The notes beneath the pieces were generated by a model that saw nothing but the letters and a program-made list of their open reading frames with translations, ran no database searches and was not told the DNA's origin. Positions 42,501 through 57,150 of a stretch of 64,000 nt of DNA are shown piece after piece (the first letter of the stretch is position 1; every line of letters begins with the position of its first letter). The stretch lies in assembly GCF_009914755.1 (NCBI RefSeq), contig NC_060929.1; one strand, 5' to 3'. Position numbers and translations under genes: made by a program. Source of the DNA: the human T2T-CHM13v2.0 reference genome, Homo sapiens.

Positions 42501-44221
42501 TTCATTGATTAGTTTCAGTATAAATAATTATTGAAGTTATGTGAATTCTAGCTAGATAAAGCATATTGGACTTGTCATAAAACAGTTATCTCAGAGTAAA
42601 AGTTGTGTGTCTCCAAAAAATACAGCATACATAAATCACTGTGAATATTATTTCCCAAGTTAAAAAAAATTCTTTGTTTCTTCCTATGAATTTTTTTCCT
42701 ATGTAGTAAGAACAATATACTGATTAGGTAATTTTAAGATTGTTTATGACCTTGTAAGAATATATGGAATAAATTAGACTGTTTTTGAGCACCACAAATC
42801 TTTCTCCAATAAAAAATACTCAATGGCTGAAAAATTCTAATCCCCCAGCTGCACTCATCTGGCCAGAATGAACTGTCAATGACTGAATGAAGTTTCTGTC
42901 CAACTGGTCACAGTCTGAAATGCCAGCTTGGAAATTAAAAGAAGGGGTTTGTTATATGGGACAGATTTCTGTTCTATAAATGCAATAGAGTACAAATGCA
43001 AGGGTTAAAAATAAACTTCTAAAAGTTTATAGCTAACAGAGACGTCCTAATATAAAAGTGCTAGGGGAAAACAACTTGAGAAAGAAAAAATAAATAAAAA
43101 ATAAAAAGAGAATATAAATATATGGTGTGGAAGTAGCAGAGATCGCCAAACACAGAAATACTTTAGAAATTCTCTGGAGCATATTAAGTTTGTTTAAATA
43201 TACAGTAATCCTATATGTCCTTAAAAGTTTGGTAGTTGTCATTAGCAATAGTGCAAATGGATGCCATTAGAAGCTTGTTTCCCTATTTGAATTGAGTAAA
43301 GAGTATTTTTTTTATAAGTTGATAAAGGAAGATACCACTGTTTATTTTTTTTAAAAAGTCTTGTTTGTTATAGTGGGCTGGGAAAACGAGACTAGAAACA
43401 TGAAATGTCATGCTGATAATGTGTAAAGTAATAGAAACATCATTATTTAATACAACTTTCAGCTTCTAAAATATGATCAGGATTATATAAAAAATTCAGC
43501 AACTTGTTTCCCATAGCTATATCTGGGGATGAAAAGACATTTTTATACACATGTACATTTTAAGATTTACAGAAAATGAATTTGCATATTTAAATTAAGA
43601 ATGAGGTAATTAGTTTTAAGAAATTAGTCTGAGAAAGCTGGAAATTCACTTAAAAACGTGCTTATCAAACTCTTCATAGAACTGTAGAGTTGGGAGTCTA
43701 ATCTTCCCACTCATGCTTGAATCTCTTTTATAAAACAATAATGCTCACAGGCTTCAAGAGCCCTACTGGGAATCCCAGGCTGCCCTCCCAAACCTCACCT
43801 TCACCCTACTTAGATTTTCAAGGTTAATTATTTTGCTGTTTAATTTGTCAATATTTGGTCTATGTTAATCCTTTCTCATCCCTTCACTATTATGAACCCA
43901 CATTCTGTTGCATAGAAAAAAAGGCCTGAAAGCCAGTAAATGAAGGTAGGAGTAGGGAAAAGCACAGATATTCAGGGAGAAGTTTGGAATGTTACCATGG
44001 AAGTTGCTAGAATCACTGTCATCCTTGGCGCCTGCATTTAATCTGTGAAACAGCTCTCTCCACTGGTTTCTGCACACGTCTCCTCTCCCCACTGAGGCCA
44101 CTGCTTCTAACCTTACATTTAGTTTCTCTCTTCCCAGGGCCTCCCCGTCTCTACCCACCCACCCCCAACTTGACATTTTGTTTACTCTTACTTTTTCTCC
44201 TCTCCTTTTATTTTAAAAGTA

Positions 44222-44721
44222 CAGCTGACCCTCAAACAATATGGATATGAACTGTGTAGGTTCACTTATATACAATTATGTTTCAATGAAAGTTACTCTG
44301 AGTGTGCCCACCTTTTCTGCCTCTTCCTTCACCTCCTCCACCTCTCCTACCTCTGTCACACCTTAGTCAGCAAGACCAGCTCTTCTTCTTCCTCCTCATC
44401 AGCCTACTCAATGTGAAGACAATAAGGATGAAGACCTTTATGATGCTTCAGTTTCAACTAATGAATAGTAAATATATTTACTCTTTCTCGTGATTTCCTT
44501 AATAACATTTTCTTTTCTCTAGGTTATAGTAGTAATACAGTATACATAATACATATAACATACAAAATATGTGTTAATTGACTGTTTATGTTATTGGTAA
44601 GGCTTCTGGTCAACAGTAGACTATTAGTGGTTTCGTTTGGTGGAATCAAAAGTTATACCCAGATTTTTGGGTGTGTACGGGGTTGGCGGCTCTAACTCCT
44701 GCGTCGTTCAAGGGTCAACTG
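44222..44721. mobile_element. Tigger3-family (Tc1/mariner) non-autonomous element
   Basis: TIRs CAGCTGACCCTCAAACAA / TCGTTCAAGGGTCAACTG, flanked by TA at 44220-44221 and 44722-44723. Confidence 0.9.
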
Positions 44722-45694
44722 TAATAATTTTCAAAAATTAGCTTAGAACAGAAGAAAAAAAAACTGCACTGATACTCTCTCCTCTGGCTCCTAAATCATA
44801 ACTTATAAATTAATGAGGTAGCATATAGAATAAGTTTTTCTTACCTTTAAAGATACATGATTTATCACCCATTGTTTAATTTTCTCTTTATTCAAATTCA
44901 ATTTTTTTATATCTGTTGTCAACATTGGATGATGAGAATTTTATACCAATTTTGTAATTATTTATTTCTTTATGGTATGAGGCTATTGTGATCCTGCCTG
45001 GAGAATGATTATGACATTGAAGAAGTTATGCTTTGACATATCTAAACCTCCTTACAGTATCCTTTCTTTTTGCTGCCTCACTGTCATGTCCAAGAACCTC
45101 ATAAAGCTCATAAAGAATGCTAAATGCAGCTTTACTCAGACTCATTTTTTGTGGAGCCCTGGTACTGGCTGCATATACTCTCGACACTAGTCTCCCGTGA
45201 GTACCTGAACTTTCCTCCAACCCCCTCCCAAAACTGCCCTCTATCTTGTTTTCATTCATTTCACAAAAATTTCACAGGGCAGAACATCCAGAAGATGCTC
45301 TTTGTCCTATTTATATATTTTTAAAAGTATATAAAGTTTGAGCCAAGGAAAGACACATAAATGACAGAATTTAAGGCAATTTCATATGGGCAGGGGTAAT
45401 GAGGGTGAGGGGGGGATAGAAAATTTGGGGTAGAGAAGTATTTTCTGCACTAATTTCCCACCTAAACTTTAAGATACATGTTTAGGGGGCATGTAGTGTG
45501 TGAAGACTTTAGTATAAGATAAACATGAGCTACCTAAAGTAGGTCATAAGTCTTCACTAACCAGCCTTTGGGAACTCATTGCATTTGCAAGTCTTGTTTG
45601 CCTTTAACTTTCTTAAGTCTCTGTTACCCTCTAAAGTATGGATCTTTTATTTGTTTATGCATTTGTCTGTCTCCTGGCATTTCTCAACTTATAA

Positions 45695-45988
<294 letters not shown>

Positions 45989-46932
45989 TTTTTTTTTTTT
46001 TTTTCTTAGTGAGACAAAAAGGGTCCCAGTGTCTTATCTGCAGTATTATATGTTATCATTTTGGTAAGGAATAAACATGTGGTAAACTATAGAAATTCAT
46101 AAATTTTCTGTCTCTACAGACAAAAAGGAAACTTTGGCAGAGTTATACCCAAAGTGTACTGTATCTGGATCATTTTTGCCTTTTAGTAAACATTGAAAAG
46201 TTGTTAAGAGATCTATTGCTGTGGTGCAGTCCTTGCTCACATTTTACAAAGTTCTAAATTACAGTTTCTTTGCCACTGTATTGTCCCTCAGCTCCACTTC
46301 TCTCTCTTATTCCTCTAGACAACTGTCATTCACTACTCCTTTCTTTTCAGTATTTCACTTATGTTCCAACTTGCTTTAGGCTCTGTTTCTTCTTTGTTAG
46401 AAGAATGCTTGGGGCTTCAAAGCCTCTACAAATTGTAGAAAATTGCAAAGATTTATTTTTCATTCAATAAAGCATATGCTAAAGTTTGTATTAAGATATC
46501 TGTCTGGTCTAATAACAAAACATTTTCAGATCATCTTTGTATCATTGTCTACATTATGTTCTTCACTTATGTCAGGTTCGTTAGATAGATGTTATAATCT
46601 TCTTTTTTTTTTTTTACAAACAAAGAAACTTGGGGCTCTGAGACATTGCAACCTGATTAACATCACACCTTGTGACGAGTGAGAACAAGAACTGAGGGTT
46701 CCCGATTATCTGTATTGTGTTCCCCCAGTGAATGAGCCTAGGCTGGGAACAGTAATCAAACACTGTTTCCATCTGTTTTGAAAATAAATTTTGGACAAAA
46801 TGTTTATCATCATAATCAATACATGCATATTGGATTTTCTCTTACTTAAGGAAAATCATCGGAAGGGTGAGGCTAATACTCTCTTTTGGTTTATAAGTGA
46901 CAAACTATTTCTCAGTAGACCTTAAAAACTTG

Positions 46933-47354
46933 CTATACCAGAAAGAAAAACGCCACATGATCTTACTTAAATTTGGAATCTAAAAAGTTCAACTCCTAGA
47001 GGCAGAGAGTAGAATGGTTGCTACCAAAAGACTGAGATCTGAGTGGAAGGAGGGGGGTTTTTGGAGATATTGGTCAAAGGATAAAAATTTTAGTTAGTCA
47101 GGAGTAATAAGTTGAAGAGATCCACTGGATATTATGGGGACGATAGTTAATAACAATGCATTGTATTCTTGAAAACTGGTAAGAGAGTAGATTTTGAGTG
47201 TTCTTACCACGAAAAACAAGGTAAGTATGTGAGGTAATGCATATATTAATTCATGTGATTTATTAAATAGCTATTCCACAATATATACATATTTAAAGAT
47301 ATCATATTATACTCCATAAATATATACAATTTTTGTCAATTAAAATAATAATTA
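46933..47354 (+). mobile_element. L1MA-type 3' end
   Basis: CAGAAAGAAAAACGCCACATGATCT..GCAGAGAGTAGAATGGTTG..TATGTGAGGTAATGCATAT. Flanking repeat AAAAACTTG (46924-46932, 47355-47363). Confidence 0.85.
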
Positions 47355-47539
47355 AAAAACTTGACACAAAATGCATTACTCTTCCATTGACAGTTGATGT
47401 TGAACATTTTACATCTGTAACAGTGAATTCTGCTGCATCTATTTTTTAAAAAATAGGAAGTGACTTATTTTAAAATCAATAATGTTAGAGTAGACATGCC
47501 CTTATCCTCTCAGTTAAAGCTCTTAATTCTTTATCCATC

Positions 47540-47870
47540 ATAAATTTCATTCTATACAACAAGCTCACTCAAACCTAAGGGCCTTTGTCCTTGGTATTGC
47601 TCTGACTGAAATTCTTTTTTCATAGATTTAGTGGCTGTGTTTTGTCATTAAGTACTCAACTTAGTTGTCAACTGTCATCTCAGAGAAGCCTTTCTTGAAA
47701 AACTATCTAAAATATTCTCCCACCTTTGATTATACTTTATCAATCACATCATCGTTTTATAGCATTTATCAATATCACAAATTAACTTATTCATTATTTG
47801 TTTGCTTGTTTACTTTCTTCCCTTTCCAGAGTGGAATCTTCATGAGAGAAGAGACTTGTCTCTTGTTCGA
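47540..47870 (+). mobile_element. L2 fragment
   Basis: CCTAAGGGCCTTTG..TCATCTCAGAGAAGCCTTTCTTGA..CTTCATGAGAGAAGAGACTTGTCTCTTGTTC. Confidence 0.6.
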
Positions 47871-50800
47871 CACTGAAGTCAGCTTTCCGTTTATACACTG
47901 AATACATTTAATCTCTCTTCCATCACTTGAAATAATGAATATCAGTTTCCTTGTCCTTTCTGTGCCTCCTTCTTTCAGAGTCAGCTTTTTCACTTTCTTT
48001 TGCCATTACTCCTATTCATAGTTTTCAAATGCCAATTGCCCTTGCCCCACCCCTCCCTGCTTTCTGTGGCCAGCCTTTTCTTAGCCAGTGTTTCTCTTGA
48101 AACAAGTTCTACCAGGTATGAGAAGGCCCTTACCTCTCTCATCCAGGAGGGTTGGAGTAGACGTACAGTTATGGGGTGTTAGAGTCCATCGGATTCAGGT
48201 TCAAATTCTCCTTTTACTTATGGGTTGACTCCATTAGGTATGTGAACTCTCTAATCCTCACGTTACTCATCTGTAAAATGAGAATCATAAGAGGAAAATT
48301 GTAATTATGTATATAAACCTCTTATTTGGGTTTCATCAAAATGCCTACCCTCCCCTGCCCAGCCTTCCCTCCCACCCCTGATGATTTCTGATTCAATCAA
48401 GACATTGATACAGGTATAAACCAGGAATAAAAATATCAACTTAATTGCTGGTAAAACTGGACTAGAGAGTACAGATCGTGCTGTCACTAAAATTGGCCTC
48501 CTAATACTTTGACTTGTTTAGATGGTGAATGAATGGTCAACTAATTCCTCTGATTATTTATTCCCTAACTGCTCTTAAATGAAGTTTCTCTAACTTTGTC
48601 TTTCATGTATTAATTAGGTTTTATTAACCCAGTATAAGATTCTATGCATATTAGATTTCGTTTGAAAAATATAGTCCCATTATTCCAGCCTGTTGATCTT
48701 TTTGAATTAGTCTTTGATAAGTAAATTAATTAGGTATTCTACCAGGATTTTTGTCAACTATGAAGTTGATAAACTTGCTTTCCAAGGTTCTTTTTATGCC
48801 ATTTAATATAAATGTTGATGAAGATATGATTAATAATAGAATCATGGGGCACATAATTAGAGGCTTTGCTATATATGGGCTTCTTGAGTAAGGTTGAAGA
48901 TATGACCAATTCTTCTTTCATCTTAGCCGTATTCCCTCACCCTGTAAGCAAGAATATTGTTGGAGATATTATCAGATCCCCATTTTAAAATATATTCTGC
49001 TGTATCTAGAACATTGTTTTTTTATTCCAGTATAGTAACCTTATTTTTTCCAACCTCATTTTTTTATTTTTAGTATACATATAGAATCCCCTAACCACGT
49101 GTTTTTCTAAATGCTCAAGAATAATTCTAGAACTTTGTAAGGATTCTATATTAAGCCAGTTTGTATACCAGAAATCTTTCCTTTGAACTATGTAACACTT
49201 GCCCAAGTGTCACTTGACTCTTTCACTTGATTCCCCAGAGATAACCAGAAATAGAATAGCAATCACATTTTCAAAGTTTTCTCCATATCCTAAGAAGTAA
49301 TTTGTATGGGTCTAGAGACTCAACCTCATTAAAAGATTGGGTGTTTACCCCTTATCATTTTCCGTATCTTGGGCTCCAATTTCCTTTTAACCATGTCTGT
49401 TCTACGCTTTCCGTTGCAACAATTATTCCCTTGACAGCCTGTCTGGAAAAAAATAATTCTGCTTTTTGTTAGTATTTAACCATCTGCCCCAAGCAATGGG
49501 CCAAACCTTTCTTTTTATGTGCAGCCTCTTAACATGTAGATAAGAAAATTTCTGTTAATTATCCCTCACTTTAGTGTAAGAGACTTTTTTTTCTATTTGT
49601 CTTTGACTTTCTTGACACTAGTCTTAAGATTTGTGCTACTCTTGTATTTATTTATTCTAGGGTAGATTCATTTCTTCCTATACCATCCATAACCATCCAT
49701 CACACGGAACCAAACCAAGCCAAACAAAACAAAAACAAAAACATTTTTTAGAATATTTGCTCTATTATCAAATTGCTTTTTTGGTGGATATTTGTGATTA
49801 AATTGACATTATTTTATTTTTATTTTGTTCAACTTTCTGTCTCTACTAAGTCATGCTTCCTTTCAGGATCTGTGGAAATGGGCTTATATTAATAACTTTT
49901 TGATTTTAATGTTAATTCTTATAAAACCTTAACACAAGTCATATTGCATCTAGTACTGTCTCATCACTGTTTTAAATTCTAAGATATTATGGTCATTTTT
50001 TCATTTCCTTTGCATTATTTTTTCATTTTAGCTAGAATTAAGTCCACAGTACAATTTACACTGGTGATTTCCTCAACCTTGTAAAAGAGCAAATTGTTGG
50101 AAAAGAAAGTTAATAATTTATAAAATCTCAAAATGAATAAGAGATATGTTAATTATTGAGCATACATATATGATATAATGGTATGCAGGCATTAAAAAAT
50201 TTATTAAAATGTATAAATAATGTGGTGAAATCTAATGAATGAAAATTACATCAAATGATATACTTAAAACAGGGAAAGGCAACAAAATGTTTATTGGGTT
50301 CATTTATATTGGGCTGAGAGATCAAGAGTGATTTACATGCTCTTACCTGTACTATCTTATTATTACTTGATTTTTTGTTGCTACAGAACCAATGAAATAA
50401 ATATATTACCATTGTAAATCATACAAATTAAAGTATGAAAATCACTTTATTACAATCACCTCTTACTCTCAAATCAATTAATGCCATCAGAGGTAGCTGT
50501 GATTAACATATTAAGAATACAATTTTAGATGAACCTTTCAGTTTTGCCTATATATGTTGCTATACTGAAGTTTTTCTAACATCTCTTGAGTCACATTGGG
50601 TCATTTATATTTTCCTGACTATATTACTGTTGATGATTAATTATTTTTGTGCATGGAGGCTCTCTCTCTCTCTTTCTGGCTCTATCTCTCCATCTCTCTC
50701 TTTCTTTTCCTTCCACTGTCCCTGCCTTTTTCTTTGTCTCTGGCTTCATTCATCCATATTTTTATCTCTCAGAGATACTGACCAATAGCCAGATAGATCG

Positions 50801-51627
50801 ACAGACAGATAGATGACGCACAATACCAGTGTTCCACTTTTTCTACCAAGTATTTATTGTTTATATACTGTGTGACATGTTGGGGCCATATTCTAATTAT
50901 GTGCCCCAAGCCTCTCAAAACATATCTGAGTGGTATGTATATGTTATTATTAACATGTTAAAAGTTTAAGTGTCCTGAGCTTATTACCCATACTCTCTGA
51001 GAAGCAAGCATGTATGTATGTGAAGCTGTAACAATTATTCTGGTTCTCTATCTTGCATTCTTATTATAATTTCTAGACTTATCAACCCTTTCTCCTTCTT
51101 TTCCTTCTCTTCTTCCTCCTCCTTCTCCTGGTTAATGTCTGCCATTGTTTATGCTACCTTAGCTAAAAATTTCATTTAGATATTTTTCTTCTTCCTCAAT
51201 TTTCATTTTAGATACTTTGATTAGACTGGTTATCCCCCTCTTAAACATGCTTTATATCCTTAGAAGATACATTTTATTTGAAAAGAAATTATTCTTCAAT
51301 CTTAAGTGAGTATTTTTCAAAAACCAGTCTTCATAATGTCAATATCAAATAAAAATATAAAGGCAAATCTCCAAGCAAAAGTTTCATTTGGAAATATACA
51401 AAAATTAGAATTGCAATTTGGGACATATGCACAGACTGTGGTGGCTTTTGGTATGTCTGAAGAACAAAGGAGAAGGTAAATGTTTTACAGGGAAAGAGAA
51501 AAGTTAGATGAGTTGTTTTGAAAGAAATCTCATTGGCATTTGAGACATTATGCCAGGGTTGGCGAGCAGCAGCAGGTACTAGTAAAATTAGTCTCAAAAT
51601 CATTCTTGAAGTGGGCATTTGTGATCT

Positions 51628-51630
<3 letters not shown>

Positions 51631-51665
<35 letters not shown>

Positions 51666-51682
51666 CCACCCCCCCCCCCCCC
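51631..51682. repeat. (TG)16 microsatellite followed by a C14 run
   Basis: Direct reading: TG at 51631-51662, C at 51669-51682. Confidence 0.95.
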
Positions 51683-51749
51683 AACCTTGGTCTCTGGACT
51701 CTAATTTAGTTGGGTGTGAAGGGATTGACTTCAATTTGTTTAATTAATT

Positions 51750-51920
51750 TCAGAGTACCAATGGACTGCCTTGGATACCAACCCAAGTGCTTGTAAAAAA
51801 TGATTTTTGGGCTTACCTCACGACAACTGAGCATTCATTGTTGGTGACAAGGCTCAGGGATCTGTATCTTAACGAGTTTTCCAGGTGATTATTGTGTCTA
51901 GCAGAATTTGAAACTCACTC
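51750..51920. mobile_element. MER5-like fragment
   Basis: GCTTGTAAAAAATGATTTTTGGGC..GGCTCAGGGATCTGTATCTTAAC..CCAGGTGATT..TTTGAAACTCACT. Confidence 0.55.
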
Positions 51921-53366
51921 AGCAAGCGTTGTTACAGAAAATTAAGTTTGTTCTGTTGCACCATTTAGAAAACCAACTTATTTGCTTCCTTTTCTTCTTT
52001 TCCCCTTCCCTCTCTTCCTTCCCTTCTTCTTTTTCTTCTTTCGCCTCCTCTCTTCCTCTTCCTCCTCTTCTCCTTTTTTTTTTTTTTTTTTTTGGGGTTT
52101 ACTTCTTACAACATGCTTTCGTATCCACACCACAAACGTGGGTTAAAGTGGATATAAGAAAAATACCAGGCCCAGAACTGTCCACTGAGGATTCCTTAGA
52201 CAGTAAAAACATATTCCAGTCTTCTTATGGTGTCATTATTTGTTTTCTTGTGAATTTGTTGACTTTGTTAAGACATGAAATACTCGACTGTGTGTCAGAA
52301 ACGTGTTCTATAAGATTATCCTCCACTTATTAGTAATTTCATATTCTTCAGGGAGCAACTTTCATTGGATTCAGCATACTTAAGTTCTTTTCTTGGTATT
52401 TTTGTCTATTTCAGCTCCAGGAATTATGTTAATTTTAGGTTACGTGTCTATTGTGTTACTGATTTTAGGTAACTTTAAAAATAATTTCATAGAGAAAAAC
52501 ACAAAATATAAAATTCCATCTATACTATAACTATGTAAAACAAGTAAAAGGAAAAGTGCACAGAAAAAAAAACAGAAGGATACGTTAATATATCAAAAAT
52601 AGCTATCTCTCACTGTGGGTACCATTGATTTTTTTTTCTTCTTTCTTCTACTTTTCTGTATTTTCATTTATTCTCTACTGAAGACATATTATTATTATTA
52701 TTAGAAGAAATAAACTTCACTGTTTTAGACAACATGTACATTTCAGAATTAAAATTAGGAAAAAAATCTATTTTTTTCTTAAACCTTTAAAGGTGATATA
52801 AGTAGGTAGCCTACATTTAGAAATTGAAAAATTTCTATCATTTATAAAAAAAATTAAGTGTTAATCTGCATACACAATTGTTAATCAAGCAATTCATCAT
52901 TATTATGGATTATTTGAAAAATCAAGAGAACTAGAAAAAAAATCACTCCAGCTAACCCATAAAAGTAATGAAAACTATGCTTTTCTAACTCCTATTTTAT
53001 GGATAGATTCTTCCTATTTGATTTAATTTGGCATCTAGTTTTTGAAATTTAATATTACAGAAAATATTTCTTCATATTATAATAAATTTTTTATAAAGAT
53101 ATTTTAGTGATTGCCTAGTAAGTCTTCTGAGTTTCTGTGCCGTAGATTACATAGTTATCTCCTCCTGTGATTAGGTTTTTTTCAGTTCTTATATTGTAAA
53201 TAACGCAAAACAACCCCCAAACCACCTAAACCCTTTGACTATGACCAATATAACCTTCTTTCTCTGTCTTTTCCTCCTTTTCTCCCTTTCCTTTCTTTTT
53301 TATCATTTTTCTTATACTGTAGATTATTTTCGTAAGCTAATTTTTGAGAAGGGTCATTACTTGGTC

Positions 53367-53877
53367 TGTTAAGATATGTCCCTGGCCAACAGACAAAATG
53401 GACTCCCCATGGCTAAATGAGGTGCTCAAAGTTAAAACAGAATCAGGAGGCCATGGCTAAGTGAGGGACCGGTCACACACTGTGTTCTTGGAAAGATATT
53501 GTAAACGTATCACAGGATCTCCCTTCCTACAACAAGCCAAAACAGTTCCTGTTGTAGCTGCCAAGATTAACTGTGGCGAAGACCCCCACATCTCACCCCA
53601 GTGCCATTTGAAATAAACATCTGACAGATTCTTCTGGTTTGGGGCTTGGAAACCACCCAATCAGGGCTTGGCTATTTTGACCAATCAGAATGAAACAAAT
53701 TTGAGTCCTTTATTTACATAAACAGACCTGATTGGGAGCTTTTCCTATTTAAGCCTTTGTTCTCGGGAAAGCACACTTTCACTTATATTGGAAGTTGTGC
53801 CTCCTCAATCAATGGATTGTTTTTTATAGAAAATAAAGCTCTTTTTTCTCCGTGGATCTCATGGTCTTTTATCAACA
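53367..53877 (+). mobile_element. Intact ERV1-class solo LTR (family not determined)
   Basis: TG...CA termini, perfect 4-bp TSD GGTC (53363-53366, 53878-53881), CCAAT boxes, TATA-like TATTTAA and AATAAA at 53832. Confidence 0.88.
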
Positions 53878-54605
53878 GGTCAAAGGGAATTAATATTTTT
53901 TAAAAGCTCCTAACACATACTGTCAATTTTTTTTCCAAAAGGAGTTTAAAAGTTTACACTCCTACCAGTAGCACGTAAAAGGATCTGGGAACTTTAAAAA
54001 TTTTGATATTGGAGACTCTTGACAATAGCAAGGACAAAGTAAAGATGTTTCCTGACAATAGCAGGGATGATATTGGAGATTCTTTTGCTATGTTCTTGCT
54101 GAGCATGTAATCATACTGACTGGTAACTTGTCACAGACAAGCCAAAGTAGATATTTTCTTTTATATAAAATCTGAAAAGTTGCTTTTTTGGGGATATTTG
54201 CTGGTAAATAGCTTAAACCTAATAGCTCTGATAAAAAATGCCAGTCTCATCCCTTGAAGACATTTTTGATAACAAATCCAACCTGCCAGATTTCAAGGAT
54301 GCATTTGATGTCAGATTAGGGTGTGTATGTGTGTGTGTGCAGAGAGTGTGCTTTATGGTCAACGTGGTAGCCAGGGCTACATTTTATATAGCAATAATCA
54401 AAACACAATTTTAAAATAGACACAGGACACCTCAATTACATGGTACCAGAATGCAAACTTGGCTGAGTGGATCTGTCGCGATATACGCAAAATTTTGCGA
54501 ACAGAATGAGAACAGTTTAATTTTTATTCCCAATAATAAATGAAAATTGTATTTTTTTGATGCTTTGTGTTCTAGGACTAAATAATCCAAAAGTCTTAAA
54601 TCTCA

Positions 54606-55008
<403 letters not shown>

Positions 55009-55146
55009 TCATTCTATGTCATGAGAACATTCAGATTTCTAGGGATGGTTCACTTAGATCTGTCTCTTCTTCTATGAAATATTAAGTCAGCAACTAAGCT
55101 TGTTTTGCCATGTGGAATAATGGTGGTTATAACAAGTTATTTTGCA

Positions 55147-55191
55147 TTTGGATGGACATGTCTTTGGATGGACATGTCTTTGGATGGACAT
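55147..55191. repeat. 16-bp tandem repeat, about 2.8 copies
   Basis: TTTGGATGGACATGTC repeated. Confidence 0.95.
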
Positions 55192-57001
55192 TCGACAACC
55201 TTCACAGCAGCGTCATAGATAAGGCAAGTGAGGCTAGATAATACCACCCCTTGACCACGCTCATCATCTTATAAGAGGAATCTAAAGCTGAGAGGCCTCA
55301 AGTGACTTTCAGGTCTTAAAACAGAATAAATGACATGAGCAAGGTAGGTCTTCTGACCACTAATACAGGATCTTTTCCCTTTACCCACAGATGGATACAA
55401 GCCAACATTAATCCTTGGTAAACATCATTCTAACACAGTAATATATGTTTACCAAAATCATTCAAAGTTGAGGAAGCGAGGTGTTTGTATAATATTAAGA
55501 AGATATGTTTTATAGTGAAGCAGAACTAAATTTGAATTTCACTACCAAGCAGCATAATAACTTTGGGCAAATTCCTTAGCCTGTCTAAACAAGTGTTTTT
55601 GTTACAAATTTAGTATAAAATAAGTCGATAGATATAAAGTAAAGTAGTGTTTGGCACATAGCACACGCTCAATAAGCACATGCCCTTCTTATATTTATTA
55701 TTTTAATATTATATTTTATTTATTATTAAAAGGGTAACCTAAAATTAGTTTACATATATTAATATTAATGTATTACATTTTACCTGATATTTATGTTAGA
55801 TTGTCTGTGTTTTAAAAATTGCTACTTAGCCTTACATTTTATTTTCTAATGAAATGTGAATGTATATCATAAGATTATTTATATTGTAAAAATGTAGAGA
55901 AATCTTTGTACCTAAGACTCTCAGTCACTATGACAGTGTCAACTGTAGCAAATGTTTTATGAGACTATTAAAATAGAGGGCCTTAGTCAATCTTTATTGT
56001 CCTCAGAGACCACAGCAAAACAGATAAGAATTAATATTTTGTTGAAGAGGGTGATGGTAGTGCTTCGTAGGAATTAACAAACTCTGGGACAAAGAGGCTG
56101 AAAATATCTAAGGATAAAAAATCTCAACTATATACTGGGATTCAGAGCTAGTCAATATGAGTGGCGAATTATCTTCCATTTCTGCGTGAATGTGGTGTTT
56201 ATAGGGAAGGAGACGATAGAGGTCAAGCACATTTAAAATCCAAGGGATTATAAACTTCAGACCTGAAAATCTTTACGTTCCCAGTCTTTTAGTCTATTAA
56301 TTACAAGTGATGAACTTTAAAAAGAGTTAAGCCAGTTAGCTCCTGTGGTGCCAATCTAAAAAGCTTTACAGAGTAGCTGGTAGCTTTGGAAGAATTTAGA
56401 AAACATTTAATCAATTCTTAGATTATCCAGGATTTTATTTTTTATTTTTTTATGCCATATGAGACACCACAATAAAAGCACCTCTTATTTCTTAAGTCCT
56501 TCATCTCCTATGTCTGCATATTACACCACCAAAGGAAGCATTTTCTATTAATAGCATTCAACTGGCTTCTATGTCAAAGGTCATAAAGTAATAATTGAGA
56601 ATTTAACTTCGATTGGACTAAACACTAAGGAAATGAATTATGATCTCTATCACCATAAATCTACAGAGGTGCTAGCCACTTTCTGTGTCACATGTCAAAC
56701 ACGAATTGTTCACAGGTGGCTAGTGTGAACACTTGGTTCTTGGTTCCCTCAATAAGCAGTCAGTGTTGGTTTTTTCTCAAGTCTGCTTCTTCCCGTAGGA
56801 TACTATTTGGCTTCTGTATAAATTTCTTGAAGGTGATCAAATGACTGATACACAATTTTAAAACATCTCTTAGTGTAAGTTTTATAAGTCTGTTGCAACA
56901 GGTCCCACGGCATACATAATATTTCTTTTTTTGTCATATGTCACTCAAAATGGAAAACCAAAATCATATGTGATTTGTAGTCTAATAATTGCTCCTTTTT
57001 G

Positions 57002-57150
57002 CAGTGGTTCTCAAACAAGCCTGAATTTAGAATCACCTTTGCTAGAAAGTCAAATTTTCCTTCACTCTAGATTCAGAGCCGTTAATTCTTGAATGGCACC
57101 AAGAATTTGGACTTTAACAAGCGGCTCAGGGAGGTTCGGTTGTATGAGTT
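57002..57150. mobile_element. MER5-like fragment
   Basis: CAGTGGTTCTCAAAC..TTAGAATCACC..CCAAGAATTTGGACTTTAACAAGC. Confidence 0.55.
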
